NCBI RefSeq assembly: GCF_009914755.1
Contig: NC_060928.1
Origin: the human T2T-CHM13v2.0 reference genome, Homo sapiens
DNA length: 64,000 nucleotides
Reading direction: 5' to 3' (one strand)
Numbering within the stretch: the first letter of the stretch is position 1; the number at the start of each line of letters is the position of its first letter. Under the pieces are notes generated by a model. The model did no database searches. It saw nothing but the letters and a program-made list of their open reading frames with translations, and was not told the origin of the DNA. This document shows positions 42,481 through 55,997 of this stretch, one piece after another. A program made the position numbers and the translations under genes.

Positions 42481-44996
42481 TTTATTTGGTGTAAATCAGT
42501 TGGCTTCATCAATAAAGAGGCCTAGAGATAAACACATAATTGAAGACTGGAATAAAGAGGAAATGACTGATATTTCTCTAGGCAATTTTGTAAATATGAT
42601 ACTCAGGGAGATGATGCCTTATCGTCTCAATGACTTTAGCAGTTATCCATTTTCTTAAAATAAAACTTAGTTAAAAGTGGAAAATCAAGACCCTTTCTGG
42701 CCTAAAATTATAAACAAACAGCTGGTCAGTTCCAAGGTGTTTGGCAGTAAGACTTTTTTTTTATCTTAAAACTGTAAACATCTCGTTGGCACAAAGATGT
42801 TTGGAATATTTTTAGTTATCTATTCTATGGCACATCTTATATTCTTCAGGTGAAGTGGAAATCTTATTTTACCTAAATATAAACCTTGAGTGGATTCTTT
42901 GCTTAATATAAGATGTGACAACCTAATATAGACCTTTAAATAACAATAGAAAACCCTCCTAACACTGATCTAACTTACAAAGAGAAATAAAACTATCACA
43001 TCTGCTTCCTAAGCAGCCTTAAACGAAAAAGTATGATTTTAATAAATATGTATATTAAAACAGAAAGTATAAAGCACACTAGATATGATAGTTGATAACG
43101 TGGCATGCATATTATGAATCTTGCTATTTGAAATGTGTATGTATAGAAATATTTTTGTTAAATACACAACTAGTCACTGAAGGAAGTTTTTTGTTTGATG
43201 CTAAGTTGATTTAAATAGTTTTTAGTGTTCTTTTATTTAACCTGAAGAATTGGAATCAAATTACTTTATATTTCTCAATTTTGGTTATTATCCTTTCTCT
43301 CTGTGGGTTAGTCACAAATTTAGATATAACCAAAAGTAATTTATGATGAGCCTGAAAGGTATTAATAAAGCTAGGAAATGAAAAAGTAGTGTTCAGTAAT
43401 AGGGCTAATTTTCCTGTGTATATTTTATAAATGGACATTTTCTTACAGACTGGGAGTGTATATAACTTACATGTTTTATTAAGAGTTCTATAAACAATTA
43501 TATCACAAGTTTCTAAATGAAAACAGTCCTGTGCTTTCTTTTATTTAACCTGAACCACTCTTTTTTTTTTTTTTTTTTTTTTTTGATGATTCCAGGCTAA
43601 TTTAGCCTGATTTACTGTTCTTTTAAAAATATAAAGTTACAAATAATCTCAGTTGTGTTGAATGGAAGTTAAACTTAAGAGAGGGTAATAGCAAATCTAA
43701 GGATGCAAGTTCCTAAATTTTGTTCTATTTCGGTATGCCTTACTCACGCTGATTCATGAGCTCTTCTGTGAATCAACATCAGTCCTTATCCTTAATTGTA
43801 TATAGTGTTCATTCTAATGTGATTTTCCACTACATTCAAAAGCTTCCTACTTTTAAAAGCTGGCAGCACGTGAACAATTTATACCTCTTTGGAACTCTTA
43901 CCTCTTTGGAGGAACAACCAGCTTCTTTTGGGAAATGACTTTTAATTAATAAATAGAACACTTTTCATCACCTTCAATGGCATAGCTTTGAAGAGAATAG
44001 AAAACAAAGCTGGTGACACCTTCTTGGGTCTGGCATGCCAAGAGGGGCCTAGAATTAAACAAGTAGTGACAGTCACAGCAACTGCTAGCTCTTTTTAAGC
44101 ATCTGTCTTTATTTCAGATTGACTCCTATGTTTTTCTCTTTCTTGACTACTTCTTTGTTGCGGGATAGAGTTCTCTTTGGTGTCAATGTACTTAATGTTT
44201 ACTTTCAAAACAGAGAAAAGTGAATACGGGGTGATGACCTTCACTAAAGGCAAAGAAGCCTTATCAAACTTAGAGTGATATTGATAGTGATTGTCCAACA
44301 CGCAGCCTTTCATGGGGAAAACAGTGATCGATTTTAATTGGTTACTTTTTAGTGTCAGCACTGTTTTACTATGCAGCTTTAAATACGCATATAAACCGCA
44401 GTGGTACTAAAACCTAAGAAGTCACATTCTGATCATTTCTTTTGTCAAAGAAGCATGATCTTAACTCATGAGTCACTGTTAAATGTAAGTGTAATGTGAA
44501 GGAAAAATGAAAATACATTATGAGTAGTTTTTTGCCAATTTGTATAATTTTTCAGTTAAGCAGTCATAAATCAAGGAATATTGTATTTTTTGAGGCTCAT
44601 TAAAGAGACATTATACATCAGAATAGTGAAGTCGTCAGCATAATGAAATGATGAATGCCTGTAACTATCTGTATGTAAATGATGTGAGACAGATTCAGGG
44701 TGTTACAAAGGAGAATAACAATCTCTCTGACAGTTCCCTGTAGGTGCAGTTGCTGGATGCTGGTGACAGATGTTAAATGCAAACCTCTTCAATGGCAAGC
44801 ACTTATTAGCACTCAGTGGAAACTCGCAATATAAAATAAGACAAATAGCAGATTATATCATTTTAAATAAATTTGTTCAGTAAGGTGTGTTATTGCATTT
44901 TAAGATTCTTCTTTATTAACAAAGGCAGTATTCTAAATTAAAGAAAACAGAATAGAAAAGAAAATGGCTATTTGAAAACCAGTATATAGAATATGA

Positions 44997-45030
44997 GTGT
45001 GTGTGTGTGTGTGTATGTGTTTGTGTGTGT
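44997..45030. repeat. Imperfect (TG)n microsatellite
   Basis: gtgtgtgtgtgtgtgtgtatgtgtttgtgtgtgt. Confidence 0.9.
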
Positions 45031-47209
45031 ATAGTTATGCTTGACCATTTCTTTAACTAAAATAAGAAATTTTCCATATAGTAGGTAGTGTGTCGAACTT
45101 AACTAATTTAGGTTTATTTTAAAACTCACCCATTATCTTATCAAAGAAACACATCTATCTCCCTTATGTATCTCACAGATGGATTCCTTTCCATACACAC
45201 TTAAATGGCAAGCATCTTAATATGCATACCACTTTGTCAACCTTCATATCTGGTGTGGTTTATTATTTCCATTTTAATCTTCATACTTATTAAAATCATG
45301 TTTCTTTTGTTCGACACTGCTCAATTTGTTGATTAACCAGGGCCTTAAATCCTACATTTCAGATGCTTTATTCCATTCACCAAAGAGGAGAAGGCAACAG
45401 ATCTAGTAATTTTCTAGAGCTTCTCATTTATCTATGAATTTCTCAGCACCTGGTACAAGTGCCAAATACATAAATGATTATTAAATGAAGAAGAAATGGA
45501 GGGCGAGAGAGAGAGAAGATGGTTTTTAGTCCAACATGGGTCACTGATGGGTCTGTGGCATTGGCTAAGTCACTTAAGTTCTGTCTACATGATATATTAT
45601 CTGTTATCTATTATCTATTATTATTAATTTTAAAAACAATGTTGACTTAAGCACTTTGGGAACAGAGAAAGCACTTTGGATTATATAACCAAATGTATGT
45701 GGATAAAGTCATATTAATATAATTATTCATATGCTTTGTGCCTTGAGGACTGTAGTTAATTATTTTTAATAACATTTTCCCATAACTGGGCCATAGTATT
45801 TTGGCATTTTATAATGTAAACGTGAATTGCTAGCAAGAGAAATGATAAAATTTCTCTCCATATTTATGTCAATATGATGGTTTTTTTTCTCTATCTTGAG
45901 GTATATATTGGGGGACGGGGTTAGGATAGTATTTGACTAAAGAGTTTTTCTTAAATAATTAATATCTATTTTACTTTTTTGCAATAGGAATGCAGCAAAT
46001 TATTGGCATGTGAAAGTTTTATGAACAAATAAATGTATATGTTTTGTTATAATATGAAAAGTCTATGAGAACATAATGGTCCAAGTTTTCAATAGTCTGA
46101 ATATAAATATTAATGACTTAAATTGTTAGTGGCTCTTTGGATATGTACTGTGATAATAAAGTGATTCACCAATTCGTTGAATATATTTTAAAATCTATAT
46201 ATTAAAAAATAGATTTGAAAGTACCAAATTGCAACTTAAAAATTCCTAATAATGGATAGCTATTATGTAACTAAACTGAAATTAAAATATTTTAGAGGTA
46301 ATACACCATATTTTATTTTTCCCCTTCACATTCATCACCCACATCTCTTCTGATCATTTTGCAGTTTTACTCACTTACAAATAAAAGAACACTTATGATT
46401 TTATGTTCCAATTCTTTAACTTACTACACATGAACACACACAACACACAACCTGAGAGCATCTATTACACATAACAATTTTATAATATGATTCACTTTTT
46501 TCTATGACTGAATACTATGTGAGAACCATATTTTTGTTATCTTTAATATAAAATGCCACCACATGCTATTATAATTACATGTGTGTATTTTTAACAACAA
46601 GCATCTATATAATTTTTATGTTTAAAAAAGTACTTCTAAATCTATTATTGCATTTAATCAGTGACAAGATTTGAATCTTTGTCTTTTAATTCTAAGTTCA
46701 TTGGTCTGTCTGACATATCATATTGCTTCTTGACAAAACTCTTGAATTGAAATCCAACAAAATACACCCTGCCAGTTGTAATGCACTTTGCCAAACCAAA
46801 TAAGAAAACTTATTTAATGGAATATTTTGTCACTTATGTCACATTTACTTACTTTATGCTCTAAAGGTAGTTAAGTGATGAATAAACATTCAAGGGGATT
46901 GATTGGGTGAGAATAACATGTCCACCATTCTACAGCACAGAGTAATTACTCCAAGAAGCATTTCTCAAAACCAAAGACATCCTACATAATTCTTCTTCCT
47001 TAAATTATGTATTATTTGTAAATGTCACCGAGCTATCATTTATTTCCAATTGAAATAAATGACTCCTGCATTTTTAATATTATAATTAAACTTATAAGTA
47101 TTCAGCTTTATTTCAAACTCCAGATACACACACAAAAACACACACATATGCATACACACACATATCTACGTTTATGTATACATACATAGGGTATATGCTA
47201 CATATACCT

Positions 47210-48419
47210 GTGTCATGCATGGCTTAGCTATTGGAATATATTCTGAGAAATGTGTCATTAGGTGATTTCATCATTGTACCAACATGATAGTGTGTACTTA
47301 CACAAACCAAGCTGATACTGCTTACTACACACCTTGGCTCTATGGCATAACCTATTGCTCCGAGGCTACAAACCTGTAAAACATGTTATTGTACAGAAAC
47401 ATGTAGGCAATTGTAGCACAATGGTAAGTATCTGTATATGTAACACATCTAAACAAAGAAAAGGTTTGTTAAAAATATGGTATAAAAGATCAAAAATTGT
47501 ACACTTGTATAGGTCACTCACCATGAATAGATTTCACAGGACCAGAAGTTGCTCTGGGTGAGTTGGTGAGTGAGTGTGAGTGAATGTAAAGGCCTAGGAC
47601 ATTACAGTACACTAATGTAGATTTTATAGAATATAGTACACTTAGGCTACACTAAATTTATAAATAAAAATGTATTTCTGTTTAATAATAAATTACCCTT
47701 AGCTTACTGTAACTTTTTTATTATATTAATTTTTTAATGTTTTGAACTTTGTGACTCTTTTGTGAAACACTTAGTTTAAAACACAAACACAACATTTTGT
47801 ACAGCTGTATAAAAATATTTTTCTTTTTGTATCTTTGTTGTATAGACTTTATTCCATGTAATTTTTTTTTTTTTACATTTTAAACTTCTTTGGTAAAACT
47901 AAGACACAAAAACACACACTAGCCTTTGCCTACACAGGGTCAGGAATGTCCATATCACTTCACCTCCACATCTTGCCCAACTGGAGGGCCTTCAGGGGCC
48001 ATAACAAGCATAGAGCTGTCATCTCTGATGATAACAATGCTGGAATACCTCGTGAAGGAACTTCCTGAGTCTGTTTTACAGTTAACTTTTTTTTTAAATA
48101 AGTAGAAATACACTCTACAATAATGATAAAAATTATAACATATAAAATACATAAACCAGCAACATAGCTGTTGACTATCATGAAGTATTCTGAACTGAAC
48201 ATTGTTGTATTCACTGTACTTTTCCATGACTGGCAGTGTAGTAGGTTTGTATAAACCAGAATCACCACAAACACTTGAGTAATGCATTGAGTTATGATAT
48301 TATAATGGCTACCATGTCACCAGGCAATAGAATTTTGCAGTTTCATTGTAATTTCAGGGGACCATCATCGTGTTTGTGGTCCATCATTGACCGAAATGTC
48401 ATTATGTGGCACATGACTG
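47210..48419. mobile_element. Tigger3b-like TcMar DNA transposon, near full length
   Basis: About 1.2 kb. Left end gtcatgcatggcttag...ttctgagaaatgtgtcattagg, right end ...gaccgaaatgtcattatgtggcacatgactg followed by TA. Internal ggctacaaacctgta and gtgaatgtaaaggcctaggacattac motifs. Confidence 0.88.
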
Positions 48420-49298
48420 TATGTCTGTATATATATGTATATACACCTTTAATAAACTTCAGTTTTATTAATCAGAATCTAGAGAACTCAAGCAGATTAA
48501 GGAACATTGAACTAAGAAGCACCAAAACCCATGCATAAATAGCATGAGGATTATCTAGAGAGATGAGAGCTTTGGAGCCAATACGGTATTAATACCAGGA
48601 ATCAGTTAATCATATTGGGGCATTTAGAGTTATGGAATGCTAGAAATAGTAACAACCTTAGAAATTATCCAGTCTTAGGATGGCAATCTTTGAAAAATTT
48701 AAGTTGAAAAATGCAATGCTGTCTAAAGCTGATTGGAACTTGCTGCCTGGAACACTGTGCAGGAAAAGGAATATGTGAAGCACGTCATAATCAGTCAGTT
48801 AGTTCTATCTGCCACAGATGAGGCATGAGAACTAGTAGCTTACTTACTGAGGCTCAAACACTATAAATCACTTTCCCAAAGTTACACAGACAGTTAACTC
48901 TGAATCCTTGACTATAAACAAGGCCTCTGACTCATAGTCCAGTGCTATTTGCTCTGCTCTACTGGCAAAGGAGAAACACTCCCAATCTCCCAGTAGGCTT
49001 TCTCAGAGAAAGTCCACAGGGGCATGAAGGAAAACTATACAGGGGATGGTTGCCGCTCTGGATTGATGCCCTCGTGGGTTAAATTTATTGAGACTTGCTT
49101 ATTCTTCTCATGGCATAATTGACTTAATTATATTCTGAAGCACTGTAACTTGGGTGTGTTTTCTTTTATTAATTATATTTTATATTATTATTTTTTTTCC
49201 TTAGAATTCCTAAGTAGATGATGCCTGTGCTTCTGTAGGCTAAATAAATGGGTTCTGTACTTTGAATATATTAATATATTAGTATTCTCTAATATATG

Positions 49299-49328
49299 TT
49301 TTGAACATATATGAATATATGTTCAAAA
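49299..49328. repeat. Inverted repeat, 14-bp arms, 2-nt spacer
   Basis: TTTTGAACATATAT-GA-ATATATGTTCAAAA. Confidence 0.93.
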
Positions 49329-52300
49329 TAAAACATAAAAACTAGATGAAAGCATTTGCATTTCAGTGATACTTAATCAAAATTTTGAGATATATGTTTA
49401 CATTGATTAACTTATAATAGAGGGCTAACACAGTTTAGCAAAATACAGACCGTTCCCAAGCTGCCTTCACTCCACCCTTCTCCACCTTTTTATAGAATCT
49501 TGTCTAGCTGATTAATATAACAGAGCACTTCAGCTTTGGTGAAATACACTTATTCAATTTCACCGAAGATTATAGGTTTCAAATAATAAAATTGGATTTT
49601 ATTGAGGATTGAAGTGTGTAAATAGAACATTTGATTGAATTTAATAAAATGGTATCCTGCTGATGAAGGCAAGTCATTTCCCCTAGTTTTAACTTGATTA
49701 CAAAGACAAGAAGTTTTATGAGCTGCTGTGAATGGAAAATTTCTTTCTCTCTACAGAAAAAGACTATATCAAAACTAAGAAAAAATGAGTAGTACAATTT
49801 AGTATTTTTAAATTAATTTTGTTACTAATTTTGATTTTTTTAATTTCATGAAACTACTTTCTAATCTGCATTTGTGGCTACTCAATCAGTTAATTAAACA
49901 TGCATATTATTAAAAAAAAGGAAGTCCAGCAAGTAAGTTTTTTTCTGTAGCTTTGAATAGCTTAATATTGTACCATTCTTCATCTGATCTATGATCATTA
50001 GTCCCTTTTTTACAAAAGGAATCAGTATATGGTAACTCATGATATTTAAATGTTTGACTATCTTTAGCCAATTCTGAAGTTTCATAGAAAGAAACACAAG
50101 GTGCATGTTTTTGCTACTTTCCAACAAATAGAATGTGAAATCTGAAAATGGCTTGCAATAATTTTGAGAAAACCAAAACCACATACCAAATGTTAAAGCT
50201 TCCTAGGTATATTGAAAAGATCATATTTAATTATAAAAAATACCATTTTTTCTTATGGTAATAGCAATGATTAATTTTGGTATTAAAGTTTTATTTCTCA
50301 AATGTTTTACATTTCAAAATAATAAAGTAAAAATATTATTTACCAAAATATAGCATTTTCTTAATTAATGTCAATATTTTAATTGTTTTGTTAGGCTAGC
50401 GAGCCAACTGAAAATACTTTTTTTTAACCACTTAATCATGGCAGAACTTTTTAAAATTTATTAGGTTATTTTTAAAAAGACTATTTGGAGGCTAAAAGAT
50501 GGATAGAATTTGCAGTGAGTCATCATTATAAATGTAGAGTGAGTGTTAAGATATGCCAGAATTGAAGACATTATGTTGACTGAAAATTGATAATAAATAA
50601 TTTCAGAGCAAGATGAATTTTAATGTGGCCTAAAATAGTACTTTGAGTTGATTTAGAATATTATCTTTAAGCAGTTGATTCAAAGTATCTGCAGGGGAAA
50701 TATAGAATCTAAATATAGTAGTTCTTTTTCAATTATTTGAGGGTTTTTACAAAGAAGTAAATGGTAAACAGTTAATGAAAGGACAGTACATTAAAGGAAA
50801 ATGAATATGTGTGTGTTGCTAGTGGTTGTGTGTTTTTAATGTTTTGGAGAAAAGTCCATTTTACAGAGAAAAGGAAAGGTTACTAGAGAGGTAAAACTGG
50901 ATGAGAAAGCAAAGATAAGAATAATCAGACAGATACAACCCCTAGATGTACATGGAAGTAAAAGCAGTTTAGAAATAGAAAAAAAGGAAGGAGACAGCAG
51001 AAATTAAATAAGTGCTGTATAGGAGAGTGTATGTGGTTCAGACTCTTTGCTATTATTTAGGAGAGCTGTTGCCTGTAGAGATTAGAAACACCATTCAAAA
51101 ACAGAAAAATGTATAACAACTGAGGAATGATGGTTTGAGACTATCACTGAGATGAGAAGAAAGACCTCTAATTAGAATAAAAGTAGTTATATCCTGAAAA
51201 GTCCAAAGTACAGGAGACAGCTTCATCAAACAAATTAAATAAATTAGTGGGAAAATGTGTTCTGACGAACTTCCAGAAGCATTTTTAACAGGCATAAATG
51301 TTGTGGTTTGAGAGGAACTGCAAAGAAAGAAGGATGAGACATCTCTTCATAGAAAAGATGCACTGAAATAGATGGGCTAAGTGTAGAAATATGATTATAA
51401 TTTAGGTGGGTGCCTAGAAAAGGCAATATAAGGGGATCAGTGTTCAAAGAGAAACATGTATGACAACAGTTGATGAGCATATTACACCATATGTAGCAGG
51501 ACTTTTCACTTTGAGAGGCAGCTCTAGTAGCACCTTGGGTAATATGTGTGAATTTTAGAAAGACATACGGAAGAAAACAGACCACAAAAAGTGTCTGTTA
51601 TTCATTGAATGCTTCACATATGCCTAAAGAATTGTTCAGTAGTTTATGTATCATTTTCAACTCATATATGTGGTTACATAAACTCACTCTACTATAGGAG
51701 TCTCATTTAATTATTAGAAAAAACTATAATAACAAAATGATTAGTTATATTAGGAGATGGTAATATTCATTCATAAGCTCAAAATTCTACTCTACAGTGT
51801 CTTTTCAGTTCTGAAAATTATTTGAAGAAAAAAATTTTGCTTATATGAATAATTTTGACGCAAACGATCCCCATCCCATTCCTAGTGTGAGCCCCATTTT
51901 TATTCAGTGTGAAAAGAAGATGACCAAACATCTGTCATAACATCATATTACCTGGTAACATATTGAGATTATACTCAGAATTGACCTGTGAATCTTATTA
52001 CCTGTGGGAAGATTAAAATCTTCACTGAATGATCAAGGCAGAAATCAGAAGCTGAGAATGAAAATACAATAAATCTATTTTGAAAATAAATGAAACCCAA
52101 TCTAACATTATAACAATTATTATTTTCCCCAACACTGTCAGATTTTATAAATAAGAATCTCAAAAAAAGTCTGCATCCTCCCCTGATGCAAGAGTGGTTG
52201 GTTTTTATCTGCCCCACACAAATTCGATATAGGTAACAAAGAGCCTGTCGTTTCCCCTGGCATGTGTTCCAAAGTCGGACAAAAAGAAAGCAAATGCCTG

Positions 52301-53619
52301 CATATGAGGTAGCAAATGAAAAGCCATTCTTATATTCTGTTCTACAGCATAAGTACCGAATGAAAATAATTTTGAAAAATATGAAACACTAAATAGGTGT
52401 GTATAGCAGTAATACTGGTAGTAGTCACAGCAGCCACAGCAGTAATAGTAAATATAAATTTTATACTGTAAGATATTTGTGAAAAAAGGTAAAAATTAAT
52501 GTCAAATCAAAACCATTTGTAAAGAGAGGTTTGAGATTTAAATTTTTACTTGTTTATAAACTCTTTAAAGCCAAAAATAGCATTAAAGAATGATTAATTA
52601 TATTACATTGAAATAGAACATTAAAACATAGGTATATTTTTCTCCTGAAATATATCTACTTCTATGTGAAGTTGATATGAAGTCAAGAATGTGTATGTTT
52701 AACTAGTTTTAGAATAACAATCAATGAAACAGTAAAAGCAGTAGACAATTCATATTACAGAACTGTAATCTGAAATTCTCATTGCAGGTCCTGTAGTACA
52801 TTTACACACGTTACCTGTAGGAAAATTGAGCGGTGCAGCAATGCTAACTGATTTATACAAGGTCTCTTGTCAGGCAGAATAGAATTATTCTCATTCTCCT
52901 TTCGGACATGTAATATTGTATAATCATCTCTTTTAATGACTTAATCTCAAGGTATTTATGAACAACATACTCTTATTTCAATCTAGGCATTATTTTTGTA
53001 TAGTCGGTTCCATATTATTGCCATAACTGTCATTATAACCAACTCTTAACTTCATTTAAGTGAAATAAAATTGGATGTTATGATTTTAGTTACTCAAAAA
53101 GATACAATAGAACATACAATAAAGGTTGCAATAATTGTCACTTAACAAGGCTTACAAGCATTATCTGTGATTTGTATGAATTATGCTAATAGAATGCCAC
53201 AAGGTTAAAGAAGCTTACGATGGACATTAGAGAATAATAGTTACGTTCCACCTTATTTGGCAGGACTGAGTAAAGAATGTGAATTGTCAACATTTTGAGA
53301 AACATTAGTGGGACACTGTAATTCAAAGAGAAAAGAATAAGGGATTGAGTAGGCAGGCTGTAGTAGCGTCAAAGAAAAACTCTGAGCAACATTAGCCCTG
53401 TATATTTCTGCAACAGAGAGTTGCCCAGGGTAAAAGCAGGAAGCACCAGCAAATACACTCTCATTCAGTCAAAGTGCCAATTCGATAGAGGAAGTCACCA
53501 TGGGCTAAATGGTCCTTAGTGTAGACAGACAGTAGGAGAGAGAGCAGACGTCAGCTGTCTTAGCTGGGACTACTTCAGCAGGGGACCTCACTCCCTTTCC
53601 CTCACTTCTATGTTTTCAG

Positions 53620-53757
53620 GCTGCAGAAAATATACAATGCACATGTCTCTCTCACTGAAACTCTGTGGTGAAGTCAGTACAAAAAGGGGGCAATGCAACT
53701 AGCATATGCTTTATCAGAGCAAATAGAAGTTATGGGCAAAGATGCCCAAGTTAGCAG
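53620..53757 (+). other. Candidate non-coding exon, 138 nt
   Basis: CTCAC branch-point-like motifs, pyrimidine tract, acceptor tgttttcag|G and donor CAG|gtaaga. Stops in all three frames. Confidence 0.35.
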
Positions 53758-55679
53758 GTAAGACTGGCCAGAGCCAAAAACCAAATTAACAGGAGAAGGG
53801 AAAATCGTGAGCTAATTACGGAGGTTAATGAAGGGAATCTAATAGTTCATCCATTAAGAGAAAAAATGATCAATACAGAAGACAGATAAAAGAAGACCAA
53901 TAAATGAAATACAAAAATTAGATAAAATAGAAGGAAAAATCCTGAAATAAACAAAGAACTGTATCTGCAGCTCAGATAAGCATATGAAATACTAGAAACT
54001 GGAATGAGGTCATAAGACTGAGGAGCAGAGGTTGAATGAGAAACTAACAAACCAAATGAACATAGTATAGGCTGACATGTGTGGGAAAAGAGTGTGGGCA
54101 AGATAAGCATCAAGATTTCTGACCAGTTGCTTTCAGGACTCTGGTGAGACAGGTTAGTTTAAAGGATTTTTAGGACATTTTACTGTGTGTCATAAAATGC
54201 AGTCGTCCTCTGACATCTCTTTCAGAAACAGCAAAAAATCATGTAACTCCTTTTTGATGTTTTATTTGTGTGGCGCGAGAAAATACCTATTGAACGGAAA
54301 ACATGCGGAATAAGGGAAAAACCTGTTTCTGTTGAACTTTGGTAGCACATTGGGGTTTCTGCTTGGATTTTGGACTGAAAATGAAATGTAGATTAAATTG
54401 TTATTTAGAAATGATCCTTGAGAACACCTTTACGGTGTCCTCTATCAGAGTATTGTCATGAAAGGGAGTAGGGAGCTACTCAGAAGAAATCATGATGAAT
54501 TTGGGGATCACTACTCTCATTAGGAGGGAAATAGTGGAAACTAAAAAAGTTACCAAAATCATAATTGTTGTACTAATGCATGATTTATAAATGGGTTACA
54601 AATGGAGAATAAATATAGGAAGGATTTCATTACTTAAAAAACTGAAAAAGCCTTAGAAACTCCCTCATGATGGTACAGATTATAAATTATTATTTTTCAT
54701 CTGACATTGACAAACACCTAAGTGTTTTAATATATTGGACCTGTTCGTGGCATTTACTTTCCTTAACGAACTGATACTAGAAGCCCTGAGGACTGGGTGC
54801 CCATCATGGCACAAGAGATGAAACTGAATAAAGAACTTCTGATAGAGATGAACTGCTAGGACTAAGTATTAGTATTGAACAATATTGCCAGAGACAGAAG
54901 TTGGAGCTATAATTTACACAGTTCACAGATATGTGGCAGAGGGCTGAAAAATGCTAAAGATGAAGTGATAGACAGATGAACCCAGAATTATACAATTTTT
55001 TATCAGTCTTAAAGACTTCTGTTTTCCTGACAGAGTACCTGATTATCTAGAGTTGCTTAGAATTTGCTTTCCAGTTTATTTACTTCTTCATCTCTAATCA
55101 AATTGATGATGGCAAAAGGCGGTAATCATGGAGTCATGGGGGCCATCATCCATCCACGGAAGAGGGAAGCCCATTTTTCGTAGAATAGGGATCACTGAGT
55201 TATGTAGGGAGACCAAAAAGAATATACTATATTCTCATATTTTACTAAGATGTTAAAATTTATTTTTCATTCTTGTCATTAACTTTGAAAGAGCTAGAAT
55301 CCCATAGAACCCTGGGAGTCTCAATTTCCGTTACCCAGTAGTGTTCTAATTATCACCTAAACAGGCAATCTTTGGTCAGATTTTGCATTTGAATGAACGT
55401 CCTTATGGCATTTCAAAATGTAACTTTGAGCATATTTTATTATAACGGTATTTTATATATCATCAGATATTAAAATAGCTATGTATTATTTTATTAATAT
55501 GCCAATAATACCTTAGCAAATGGCATACAAGGTATCATGCCAATCTTGCACATGGTTGTATTTTCAGCACTAACACAGGACTTGGAAAATATAGTGAATA
55601 TAAATTTTTTACATAAATGAATGAAGCAAGTGGCATTTGCTGCATGATCACAATAAAAATTTATCAGAAAATAGATTAA

Positions 55680-55997
<318 letters not shown>

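Noticed and set aside
45441-45464. REST/RE1-like tcagcacc motif
   Set aside because: The second half-site is poor, and the context resembles an L2 3' end.
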